From Clostridium sp. CAG:1193 (GTDB taxonomy: Bacteria; Bacillota_I; Bacilli_A; RF39; UBA660): 38,638 nucleotides of DNA. The position numbers and the translations under genes were made by a program. The notes under the pieces are model-generated. The model was not told the DNA's origin, ran no database searches, and saw nothing but the letters and a program-made list of their open reading frames with translations. The stretch spans positions 17,943 to 56,580 of the forward strand of contig HF990819.1 in NCBI GenBank assembly GCA_000436255.1, written 5' to 3'. Shown in pieces: positions 16,693 to 24,574 of the stretch. Each line of letters opens with the position of its first letter. Position 1 is the stretch's first letter.

Positions 16693-16842
16693 TGCCATGA
16701 TTTCTAAAAAAAGAATGATGGCATTTATTTTACATGTAACAAAAACAGTAAGTATTGCTTGATAAAATACACCAAACACTAAAAACCAGAAAAAGCATAA
16801 CCAAAGTAAGGCACCTTTAAAAAATGGAAACATATTACGCAT
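16654..16842 (-). CDS. Possible 62-aa hydrophobic peptide, convergent with and overlapping the ysxE-like 3' end
   Basis: aggtga RBS 4 nt upstream of the ATG. N-terminal two thirds are TM-like (ALLWLCFFWFLVFGVFYQAILTVFV). However, the 3' third runs through the ysxE terminator hairpin and coding end. Confidence 0.3.
   Translation of the reverse strand: MRNMFPFFKGALLWLCFFWFLVFGVFYQAILTVFVTCKINAIILFLEIMALFTISFFCIFRY
16691..16731 (+). terminator. Rho-independent terminator after the ysxE-like gene
   Basis: aatgccatgatttct / agaatgatggcatt stem (one mismatch, one bulge), A6 loop, tail tatttt. Confidence 0.55.
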
Positions 16843-16872
16843 AGTATCACCTAATATATAATATTCATCTGT

Positions 16873-16930
16873 AAAATAATGGTTATTTGTTTATTTTATT
16901 TAAGTAGTACTAAAAAAATAATGGTTATTT
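16873..16930. repeat. Two identical 16-nt direct repeats aaaataatggttattt (16873-16888 and 16915-16930), 42 bp apart centre to centre, upstream of the second pilin-like gene
   Basis: Exact match read directly from the sequence. They lie 39-96 nt upstream of the ATG at 16969. Confidence 0.8.
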
Positions 16931-16968
16931 ATATATTTTTGTGATATTATAATATTGAGGTAAATGAT

Positions 16969-18297
16969 ATGAAGAATAATAAAGGAATGATATTATCAAC
17001 ATATGTATATATGTTACTTGTTTTTTTCTTATTACTACTAGGAACAATGTTAGTAGTTTTAAACAATACAAAATTACTTGCAGATAAATTAAAAGAAAAT
17101 GCAAAAGATAATCCAGCTATTAATAAAGATTTAGTAAGTCTAGTATTAAATGGTGATGATGAAATGGTAATTGTAAAAGGAGATACATTTATTGATCCAG
17201 GATATATAGCAAAAACGCAAAGTGGAAAAACTTTAACTGCGAAAGTAGAAGGAAATGTAGATACAAGCACAATTGGTGAATATATAATTACCTATACAAT
17301 AAAGTATAAGCAATTTAGTAAAATGATAACTAGAAAAGTATACGTTACAGGAGCAAGTACTAAAGATTACATTGAAAACTTATATAATGATGATGAAGCA
17401 AGAACAAAAAATGGGTTAAAGAAAGATAATACAAGTGATAAGAATATAAGGTATGAAGGATCTAACCCAAATAATTATGTAAAATTTAATGATGAATTAT
17501 GGAGAGTAATTGGAGTATTTGGTGACAATGTAAAAATAATAAGAAGTGAATCAATTGGTAAATTATCTTGGGATTCATCGGCATCAAATATATATAGCGG
17601 ATATGGAATAAACGAATGGAGTGCATCTGATTTAAAAGAATATTTAAATACAATGTATTATGGCGGTTCTACTGTAACTTGTTATGGAGGTCGTAATAAT
17701 GCAACAACAACATGTCCAACAGCAAGTTTGAGCGAAACTGCAAAATCAATGATAGATAACCATATATGGAATACGGGGGCAATAAATTACAAAAAAGATA
17801 CTACTATAATGAATCAACAAACATATCAATTAAATACAGTACCAGTTTACAATGCAGAAAGAGGTAATGAAAGTGGTAAAGTGTGTTCAAGTAGTTCTTA
17901 TTGCGTTGATACTGTACCAAGAACAACAAAATGGCAAGGCTATGTTGCATTACCATATGCGACTGACTGGGCATATGCAAGTAGTGAGGTCGCATGCAAA
18001 ACAGATATACATGCCGGATATGATGTTACAAACGATTCAGCAGATAATATGACATGTAAAAAGAATAACTGGATGCATTATGGTAGTACAGCAACTGACG
18101 GAATGTGGACAATATCTGCTTATGCTCCTACTGATGGTGCTTATGTTGTATGGCTTGTTTATGGCAATGGAGTTGTATCTCATAGTAATGCTGCTGGTCC
18201 TGCATATGTTTTTCCAACCACATATCTTAAATCTGACGTAAAAATAACATCTGGAAGTGGTACTAGTGCTGATCCGTATATATTATCAACAAGTTAA
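16969..18297 (+). CDS. Pilin-like / pseudopilin-like secreted protein (442 aa) with an Ig-like module; it lacks the conserved Glu5
   Basis: N-terminus MKNNKG|MILSTYVYMLLVFFLLLLGTMLVVL has a basic stretch, Gly, then about 25 hydrophobic residues, with Thr at +5. An Ig-like module at 17128-17352 is shared with the 1081-aa pilin. The C-terminal domain is Cys-containing. Confidence 0.7.
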   Translation: MKNNKGMILSTYVYMLLVFFLLLLGTMLVVLNNTKLLADKLKENAKDNPAINKDLVSLVLNGDDEMVIVKGDTFIDPGYIAKTQSGKTLTAKVEGNVDTSTIGEYIITYTIKYKQFSKMITRKVYVTGASTKDYIENLYNDDEARTKNGLKKDNTSDKNIRYEGSNPNNYVKFNDELWRVIGVFGDNVKIIRSESIGKLSWDSSASNIYSGYGINEWSASDLKEYLNTMYYGGSTVTCYGGRNNATTTCPTASLSETAKSMIDNHIWNTGAINYKKDTTIMNQQTYQLNTVPVYNAERGNESGKVCSSSSYCVDTVPRTTKWQGYVALPYATDWAYASSEVACKTDIHAGYDVTNDSADNMTCKKNNWMHYGSTATDGMWTISAYAPTDGAYVVWLVYGNGVVSHSNAAGPAYVFPTTYLKSDVKITSGSGTSADPYILSTS

Positions 18298-18313
18298 TAT
18301 ATTTATAAAAAGT

Positions 18314-18349
18314 AAAAGAATTTCTACTTAATGTTGAAATTCTTTTTTT
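18314..18349 (+). terminator. Rho-independent terminator
   Basis: aagaatttc / gaaattctt 9-bp stem, 11-nt loop, T7 run. Confidence 0.75.
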
Positions 18350-18390
18350 ATGTAAGTAGCGTCTATGGATAAAAAAGCGCATAAAAATAG

Positions 18391-18419
18391 TTGATATAAA
18401 AACAAACGTTTGGTATAAT
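18391..18419 (+). promoter_or_regulatory. Sigma-A type promoter for the dinD-like gene
   Basis: TTGATA, 17-bp spacer, TATAAT, with an upstream TG (tggtataat). Confidence 0.6.
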
Positions 18420-18443
18420 ACACGATAAGGGAGGTTTGTAAAA

Positions 18444-19271
18444 ATGAGTAGTATAGAAGAATATACAGAAAAAACTTTTGAAAGTATAAAACATATTGAT
18501 GAATTTGAAAATGAATTTTGGGAGGCAAGAGAATTAATGCCTTTACTAGAATATAGTAAATGGGAAAATTTTCATAAAGTTATAGTACGTGCAATGATTG
18601 CATGTGAAACTAGTAATAATAAAGTAAGCGACCATTTTCCTGAGTTCAGGAAAATGGTTGATATAGGTTCAAAGACAAAAAGAGAAACAATTGATTATCA
18701 TTTATCTAGGTATGCTTGTTATTTAATAGTGCAAAATGCAAATCCTAGAAAAAAATCAGTAGCGCTTGGACAAACATATTTTGCAATACAAACAAGGAAA
18801 CAGGAAATTACTGAATCAGAATATTCAAGATTAACTGAAGATGAAAAGAGATTATATACTAGAATTCTTGTTAATAATAAGAATAAATATTTATTTAAAA
18901 CTGCTAGAGAATCTGGAGTAGAAAATTTTGGTAAATTTAATAATTGTGGATATAAAGGGCTTTATAATGGAGAAACAGCTAAACAAATAGCAAAACGTAA
19001 AAATATAAAAGAAGATGAAGATATTCTTGATTATATGGGTAGTGAGGAATTAGGTGCAAATTTATTCCGTATTACACAAACAGAAGCCAAACTAAAAAAA
19101 GATAATATAGGTAATGAAGATGATGCTTGTTTAACTCACTATAATGTAGGTAAAACAGTTAGAAGGGCAATTGAAGAACTTGGTGGTAATATGCCGGAAA
19201 CTTTGCCAACTCCAGAAAAATTTATAAAAGTATTAGAAAAAGATGAATTACAAAAAATTGAAAACAATTAA
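18444..19271 (+). CDS. dinD: DNA-damage-inducible protein D (DinD) family protein
   Basis: FESIKHIDEFENEFWEARELMPLLEYSKWENFHKVIVRAMIACETS...SDHF matches the conserved DinD-family N-terminal pattern as I remember it. Length is about 275 aa. RBS gggagg. Confidence 0.75.
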   Translation: MSSIEEYTEKTFESIKHIDEFENEFWEARELMPLLEYSKWENFHKVIVRAMIACETSNNKVSDHFPEFRKMVDIGSKTKRETIDYHLSRYACYLIVQNANPRKKSVALGQTYFAIQTRKQEITESEYSRLTEDEKRLYTRILVNNKNKYLFKTARESGVENFGKFNNCGYKGLYNGETAKQIAKRKNIKEDEDILDYMGSEELGANLFRITQTEAKLKKDNIGNEDDACLTHYNVGKTVRRAIEELGGNMPETLPTPEKFIKVLEKDELQKIENN

Positions 19272-19338
19272 AAAATATAATTACGTTTTAGATTATTCTA
19301 TATTAGGAAATAGTAAAAAAATAATTATACTATCATGA

Positions 19339-19440
19339 GTTTTCATATATAGTTATCTAACTATATAACTTAAATCAAGTGTAAAAATAACAGAGGGAAG
19401 TGGAACAAACAATAATCCATACATATTGGGATGGAATTAA
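19339..19440 (+). pseudogene. Decayed 3' fragment of a paralogue of the 16969-18297 pilin-like gene
   Basis: It translates as VFIYSYLTI*LKSSVKITEGSGTNNNPYILGWN*. The intact gene ends YVFPTTYLKSDVKITSGSGTSADPYILSTS*. There is an in-frame stop, and no upstream ORF, start or RBS. Confidence 0.6.
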
Positions 19441-19491
19441 AATATTACAAACGAAATAATAAAATATTTTTGGTAAAATTAATAAGCAAAG

Positions 19492-19520
19492 TAGACTTTG
19501 TGTGAGTGATTTGGTATAAT
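19492..19520 (+). promoter_or_regulatory. Probable promoter of the T-box leader
   Basis: tagact, 17-bp spacer, tataat, preceded by TG (tttggtataat). Confidence 0.45.
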
Positions 19521-19740
19521 ACATGTATCTACTTTGAAGAAAAGGTTTTATTAAGCGAATTTAAAGAGAGTTAGTGGTTGGTGTAAACTAATAATTTGAT
19601 AATAAAATGTAGTTTCTGAGTATTATTACTGAGTTAAGTAAGTAATAACGTTATCTGCGTTAAAGAATAAAGTGCATAGAATCTATGAACTAAGGTGGTA
19701 CCGTTCTTATGAACCCTTAGATTATGGGTTCTTTTATTTT
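19521..19740 (+). promoter_or_regulatory. T-box riboswitch leader (tRNA-sensing transcription attenuator), probably valine-specific
   Basis: Stem I AGAGAG element at 19565-19570. Conserved T-box sequence aactaaGGTGGTACCG at 19688-19703. Terminator gaaccc/gggttc at 19711-19731 plus a T-run. valS lies downstream. Candidate specifier codons are GUA or GUU at 19609-19614; I have not folded this. Confidence 0.8.
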
Positions 19741-19750
19741 AGGAGGCTAT

Positions 19751-20512
19751 ATGTTAAATATAAGTGTTGCAAAAGATGCATTTGAAAAATATGTTAGTAA
19801 ATATGATATGACTGATCCAAAGGTAAAGTTAAAATATCATCATACGTATAGAGTATGTGAACAAAGTCTTAATATATCTAAAAGTTTAGGATTAAATGAA
19901 GAAGAGACTAATCTTGCATATGTTATAGCGCTTCTTCATGATATAGGTAGATTTAGACAAGAAGAAGTTTACCATACGTTTAATGATTTAAAAAGTATAG
20001 ATCATGCACTTTTAGGATGTACTATATTGTTTGATGAAGGGTTAATTAAAGAGTTTGTGAGTGATGAAAAGTATTATCCAGTTATTAAAGATGCAGTATT
20101 TAATCACAACAAATATAGTATTGATTGTGAAGATGAACATACTTTACAATGCAAAATAATAAGAGATGCAGATAAAATAGATATAATGTATGCGGCTATA
20201 GTAATTGGTGATATCGCACTTAAAGAAGATGATAGTGATATTAGTGATGAAGTTAAAAATGCATTTTTAAATGGTATTTCTATAAATCATTCGATGAAAA
20301 AAACAGTAAATGATTCAATAATTACAAGGCTTGCATTTGTTTATGATCTTAATTTCAAATATTCTTATGAATATTTTCGTGATAATAGATTTATAGATTT
20401 GTTTTATGAAAAATTAAAAAATAAAGAGAAATTTAAAGAATATATAGATATTATAAATAGTTATATAGAAAGGAAGTGTACGTATGCTAGAGGCAAAGTA
20501 TTCACACAGTAA
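19751..20512 (+). CDS. HD-domain metal-dependent phosphohydrolase
   Basis: H...HD motif: YHHTYRVCEQS...VIALLHDIGRF...DADKID. ATG 19751 has an aggagg RBS. The track start at 19724 lies inside the T-box terminator. Confidence 0.8.
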   Translation: MLNISVAKDAFEKYVSKYDMTDPKVKLKYHHTYRVCEQSLNISKSLGLNEEETNLAYVIALLHDIGRFRQEEVYHTFNDLKSIDHALLGCTILFDEGLIKEFVSDEKYYPVIKDAVFNHNKYSIDCEDEHTLQCKIIRDADKIDIMYAAIVIGDIALKEDDSDISDEVKNAFLNGISINHSMKKTVNDSIITRLAFVYDLNFKYSYEYFRDNRFIDLFYEKLKNKEKFKEYIDIINSYIERKCTYARGKVFTQ

Positions 20513-23006
20513 AGTAGAAGAAGGTAAATATGATTTTTGGTTAAAAAATGATTATTTTAAGAGTGGAGATTTAACTAAAGAACCATTTACAATTGTTATT
20601 CCTCCTCCAAATGTAACAGGTAAATTACATTTAGGGCATGCTTATAATACGTCTATACAAGATGTAATAATAAGATATAAAAGAATGCAAGGGTATGATG
20701 CGTTATGGCTTCCAGGTATGGATCATGCTGCTATTGCAACTGAGGCAAAGGTAGTAAAAAAATTAAAAGAAAGAAGAATAAATAAATATGAGTATGGTAG
20801 AGAAAACTTTTTAAATGCTTGTTGGGATTGGACTTATGAATATGCAGGTAATATAAGAAGTCAATGGGCAAAATTGGGTTTATCACTAGATTATACTAAA
20901 GAAAGATTTACATTGGATGAGGGGCTTAATAAAGCGGTTAATAAAGTATTTGTTGATTATTATAATGAAGGAATTATATATAGGGGAGAAAAGATAATAA
21001 ACTGGGATCCAGAAGCTAAGACTGCACTGTCAAATGAAGAGGTTATATATAAGGATGTAGAGGGTGCTTTTTATCATTTGAAATATTATATAGAGGGCAC
21101 TAATAAATACTTAGATGTTGCAACAACGCGTCCAGAAACATTGTTTGGTGATACTGCTATAGCAGTAAATCCATCTGATGAAAGATATAAAGACTTAGTT
21201 GGTAAAAATGTAATACTTCCAATTGTTAATAGATTAATACCTATTATTGCAGATGAACATGCTATGCCTGAATTTGGTACTGGATGTGTTAAAATAACTC
21301 CAGCACATGATCCAAATGATTTTGAAGTTGGTAATAGACATAATTTAGAAAGAATAGTAGTTATGAATGAAGATGCTACTATGAATGAAAATGCAAAAGG
21401 ATATACTAATCTTACAAGAGAAGAGTGTAGAGAAAAATTACTTGCTGATTTAAAAGAAAAAGATTTACTAATAAGAGTAGAAAAAATTACACACTCAGTA
21501 GGTCATTCTGAAAGAACAGGTGTAATGGTTGAACCTTATTTATCAAAGCAATGGTTTGTTAAGATGGGCACGCTTGCAAAAAATGTTTTAGATAATCAAA
21601 AAAATAAAGATACAAAAATTAATTTTGTGCCTGAAAGATTTGAAAAAATATTAAATCACTGGATGGAAATTAGTTATGATTGGTGTATATCAAGACAATT
21701 ATGGTGGGGACATAGAATACCTGCGTGGTATAAAGGTGATGAGGTTTATGTAGGAATAAATCCGCCAGTTGGTGAAGGATGGTGCCAAGATGAAGATGTT
21801 CTTGATACATGGTTTTCAAGTGCATTATGGCCTTTTAGTACACTAGGATGGCCTACTAATAAAGAATATAATAGATATTATCCAAACGATTGCTTAGTAA
21901 CTGCATATGATATTATATTCTTCTGGGTAGCACGTATGGCATTTCAAGCATTAAAAATAACTGGACAAAGACCATTTAAAGATTGTATTATTCATGGATT
22001 AATAAGAGATAAAAATGGAAGAAAAATGAGTAAATCATTAGGTAATGGAATTGATCCTATGGATATGATTGATGAGTATGGTGCAGATGCATTAAGATTT
22101 TATCTTACAACAGATTGTGCTTTAGGAACAGATTTAAGATTTGATACAGAAAAACTTAAATCAACATGGAATTTTATTAATAAATTATGGAATGCATCAA
22201 GATTCTGCTTAATGAATATAGAATCTTTAGAAAGTATAGATTTAAAAGATTTACATAGTCATGATAAGTGGATACTTACAAAATATGAAAAAACTGTTAA
22301 ACAAGTAACTAAGTTTATGAATAAGTATGAATTTAATAATGTAGGAAGTATATTATATTTATTTATTTGGGATGATTTCTGTGATAATTATATAGAAATG
22401 AGTAAGTTTACAAATGATACTGTTGAAACAAAAAGCACACTTTGTTATGTATTAAGTGGAGTATTAAAAATGCTTCATCCATTTATGCCTTTTGTAACAG
22501 AAGAAATATATCAAATGTTACCAGTAGTTGATAGTAAATCTATAATGATAAGTGAATATCCAAAATATGATAAGCATTTTGTATTTGAAAGTGAATTTGA
22601 AAAAATAGAAAATACAATTGCATTTATTCGTAAGTTTAGAAATGTATGTGCAGAAAATAGTATTCCAAAAACAGCATTAGTAAGGATAAATAATAATGAA
22701 GATTATGATTTGATCATTAAAGTATTAAGATTAGAAAATAGACTAGTAAATATTAATCAAGATGTAACTAAATATGATATAAAAGAAAATATTTTTGATA
22801 TGTCTATATATTATGAGAAAGAAATAAATAAAGAAGAAATAGAAAAAGAAATTAATTCTTTAAGGGTTAGTATAGAAAGAAGAGAAAAATTGTTATCAAA
22901 TGATGGATATGTAAATAAAGCACCTGCTAACTTGGTTAATGAAGAAAGAAAAAAACTTGAAAATGAAAAAACAAAATTGGAAGAATTAATAAATAAATAT
23001 AATTAA
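20484..23006 (+). CDS. valS: Valyl-tRNA synthetase
   Basis: PPPNVTGKLHLGHA (HIGH), KMSKSLGN, an editing-domain TRPET motif and a C-terminal coiled coil. It overlaps the HD gene by 29 nt. Confidence 0.95.
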   Translation: MLEAKYSHSKVEEGKYDFWLKNDYFKSGDLTKEPFTIVIPPPNVTGKLHLGHAYNTSIQDVIIRYKRMQGYDALWLPGMDHAAIATEAKVVKKLKERRINKYEYGRENFLNACWDWTYEYAGNIRSQWAKLGLSLDYTKERFTLDEGLNKAVNKVFVDYYNEGIIYRGEKIINWDPEAKTALSNEEVIYKDVEGAFYHLKYYIEGTNKYLDVATTRPETLFGDTAIAVNPSDERYKDLVGKNVILPIVNRLIPIIADEHAMPEFGTGCVKITPAHDPNDFEVGNRHNLERIVVMNEDATMNENAKGYTNLTREECREKLLADLKEKDLLIRVEKITHSVGHSERTGVMVEPYLSKQWFVKMGTLAKNVLDNQKNKDTKINFVPERFEKILNHWMEISYDWCISRQLWWGHRIPAWYKGDEVYVGINPPVGEGWCQDEDVLDTWFSSALWPFSTLGWPTNKEYNRYYPNDCLVTAYDIIFFWVARMAFQALKITGQRPFKDCIIHGLIRDKNGRKMSKSLGNGIDPMDMIDEYGADALRFYLTTDCALGTDLRFDTEKLKSTWNFINKLWNASRFCLMNIESLESIDLKDLHSHDKWILTKYEKTVKQVTKFMNKYEFNNVGSILYLFIWDDFCDNYIEMSKFTNDTVETKSTLCYVLSGVLKMLHPFMPFVTEEIYQMLPVVDSKSIMISEYPKYDKHFVFESEFEKIENTIAFIRKFRNVCAENSIPKTALVRINNNEDYDLIIKVLRLENRLVNINQDVTKYDIKENIFDMSIYYEKEINKEEIEKEINSLRVSIERREKLLSNDGYVNKAPANLVNEERKKLENEKTKLEELINKYN

Positions 23007-23081
23007 TGGGGTAACTTAATGTTGCTCTTTTTTAATAAAAAGCAAAAATATATGTTATAATATTACATAGGTTGTGATTAT

Positions 23082-24359
23082 ATGGAAGATATTAAGTATT
23101 TAACGGTTACAGAGTTAAATAAAATTATAAAATATAAATTTGATAATAGTGCATTTTTTAATAGAGTTTTTATAAAAGGTGAAATATCAAACTTTAAAGT
23201 ACAAATGCCTAGTGGACACTGTTATTTTACAATAAAGGATGAAGGAAGTAGACTTTCTGCAATTATGTTTAGGGGTACTGCTAGTCGTGTAGGTACTAAT
23301 TTTAAAGATGGAGATATGGTTAATGTTATAGGTAAAATAAGTGTATATGAACCATCTGGAAATTACCAAATATATATTGAATCTATGGAACAAAGTGGTA
23401 GTGGTGATCTTTATAAAAAATTCTTAGAACTAAAAGATAAACTATATAAGGAAGGTTTATTTGATGAATCTAAGAAAAAAGAAATACCAAAATTTCCTAA
23501 AAAAATAGGAATAGTAACTGCATCTACAGGAGCAGCAATAAGAGATATATTAACTACTATTAAAAGAAGATATCCACTTTGTGAAACAATACTTTTTCCT
23601 TGCCTTGTTCAAGGAGTTGGAGCTAAAGAAGATATAGTTAAAAATATTAAACTTGCAAATACATATGATATTGATACTTTAATTGTAGGAAGAGGTGGAG
23701 GCTCTATAGAAGATTTATGGGCATTTAATGAAGAAATTGTTGCAAGAGCAATATATGATTCAAAAGTACCTGTGATAAGTGCAGTAGGTCATGAAATAGA
23801 TTTTACTATTTCTGATTATGTAGCAGATAAAAGAGCAGCAACTCCAACAGCAGCAGCAGAACTTGCTGTTCCTAATGTTAATGAACTTTTACTAAGTATA
23901 GATAAATGTTATGAAAGATGTACTAATAGTGTAGTATCTTTAATTAATAGATATAAAGAAATATTAAGCAAAATTAAAAAAAGTAGTATACTTATAAATC
24001 CAGTGAATTTGTATAACGCTAAAAAGCAAATGCTTTTAATTGATACTAAAAATTTAAATAATAGTATTAATAATATATTAACTATCAATAATATGCATTT
24101 ATTTAGGCTTAAAAATAGTTATATAATAACTAATCCGAATATGATATATGAAAAAAAATTAATTGAACTTAAGAATAATATTAATGCATTAGAATTATTA
24201 AATCCACTATCTTCATTAAAAAGAGGATATGGAATAGTAAAAAAAGAAAATAAATGTATAGAAAATATTAAAAAAATTAAAATTAATGATAAAATAGATA
24301 TATATTTACAAGGCGGAGTTGTAAAAAGTATAGTAACAGATATTAAGGAGGAATTATGA
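23082..24359 (+). CDS. xseA: Exodeoxyribonuclease VII large subunit
   Basis: N-terminal OB fold (VFIKGEISNFK...SGHCYFTIKD) and GRGGGSIEDLWAFNEE. Confidence 0.9.
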   Translation: MEDIKYLTVTELNKIIKYKFDNSAFFNRVFIKGEISNFKVQMPSGHCYFTIKDEGSRLSAIMFRGTASRVGTNFKDGDMVNVIGKISVYEPSGNYQIYIESMEQSGSGDLYKKFLELKDKLYKEGLFDESKKKEIPKFPKKIGIVTASTGAAIRDILTTIKRRYPLCETILFPCLVQGVGAKEDIVKNIKLANTYDIDTLIVGRGGGSIEDLWAFNEEIVARAIYDSKVPVISAVGHEIDFTISDYVADKRAATPTAAAELAVPNVNELLLSIDKCYERCTNSVVSLINRYKEILSKIKKSSILINPVNLYNAKKQMLLIDTKNLNNSINNILTINNMHLFRLKNSYIITNPNMIYEKKLIELKNNINALELLNPLSSLKRGYGIVKKENKCIENIKKIKINDKIDIYLQGGVVKSIVTDIKEEL

Positions 24360-24574
24360 AAAGTAAAACATTTGAAGAAAGTTTAAATGAACTTGAAACA
24401 ATAGTAAAAGATTTAGAAAGTGGAAATGTTAATTTAGATGATGCAATAAATAAATATACTGAAGCTATGAAACTTGTTAAAGAGTGTAGTGATAAAATTA
24501 AAAATGCAGAAGAGTTAGTAAGTAAAATAGCATTGGAAAATGGTTCTTTAGAAGATTTTGGAGTTGATGCATAA
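24356..24574 (+). CDS. xseB: Exodeoxyribonuclease VII small subunit
   Basis: FEESLNELETIVKDLESGNVNLDDAINKYTEAMKL. ATGA overlap with xseA. Confidence 0.85.
   Translation: MKSKTFEESLNELETIVKDLESGNVNLDDAINKYTEAMKLVKECSDKIKNAEELVSKIALENGSLEDFGVDA

Noticed and set aside
18328-18528. 66-aa minus-strand ORF spanning the dinD promoter and 5' end
   Set aside because: It overlaps the terminator, the near-consensus promoter and the start of dinD. It has no RBS and a low-complexity translation.
18444-19271. dinD-like gene considered as part of a toxin-antitoxin or phage-defence module
   Set aside because: It is a single gene with its own promoter. There is no partner gene and no nuclease, ATPase or other defence-associated neighbour. 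Only the flanking duplicated gene end is notable, and that is reported separately.
19724-19750. Track start codon for the HD-domain ORF at 19724
   Set aside because: It lies inside the T-box terminator stem and T-run. ATG 19751 has a perfect aggagg RBS.
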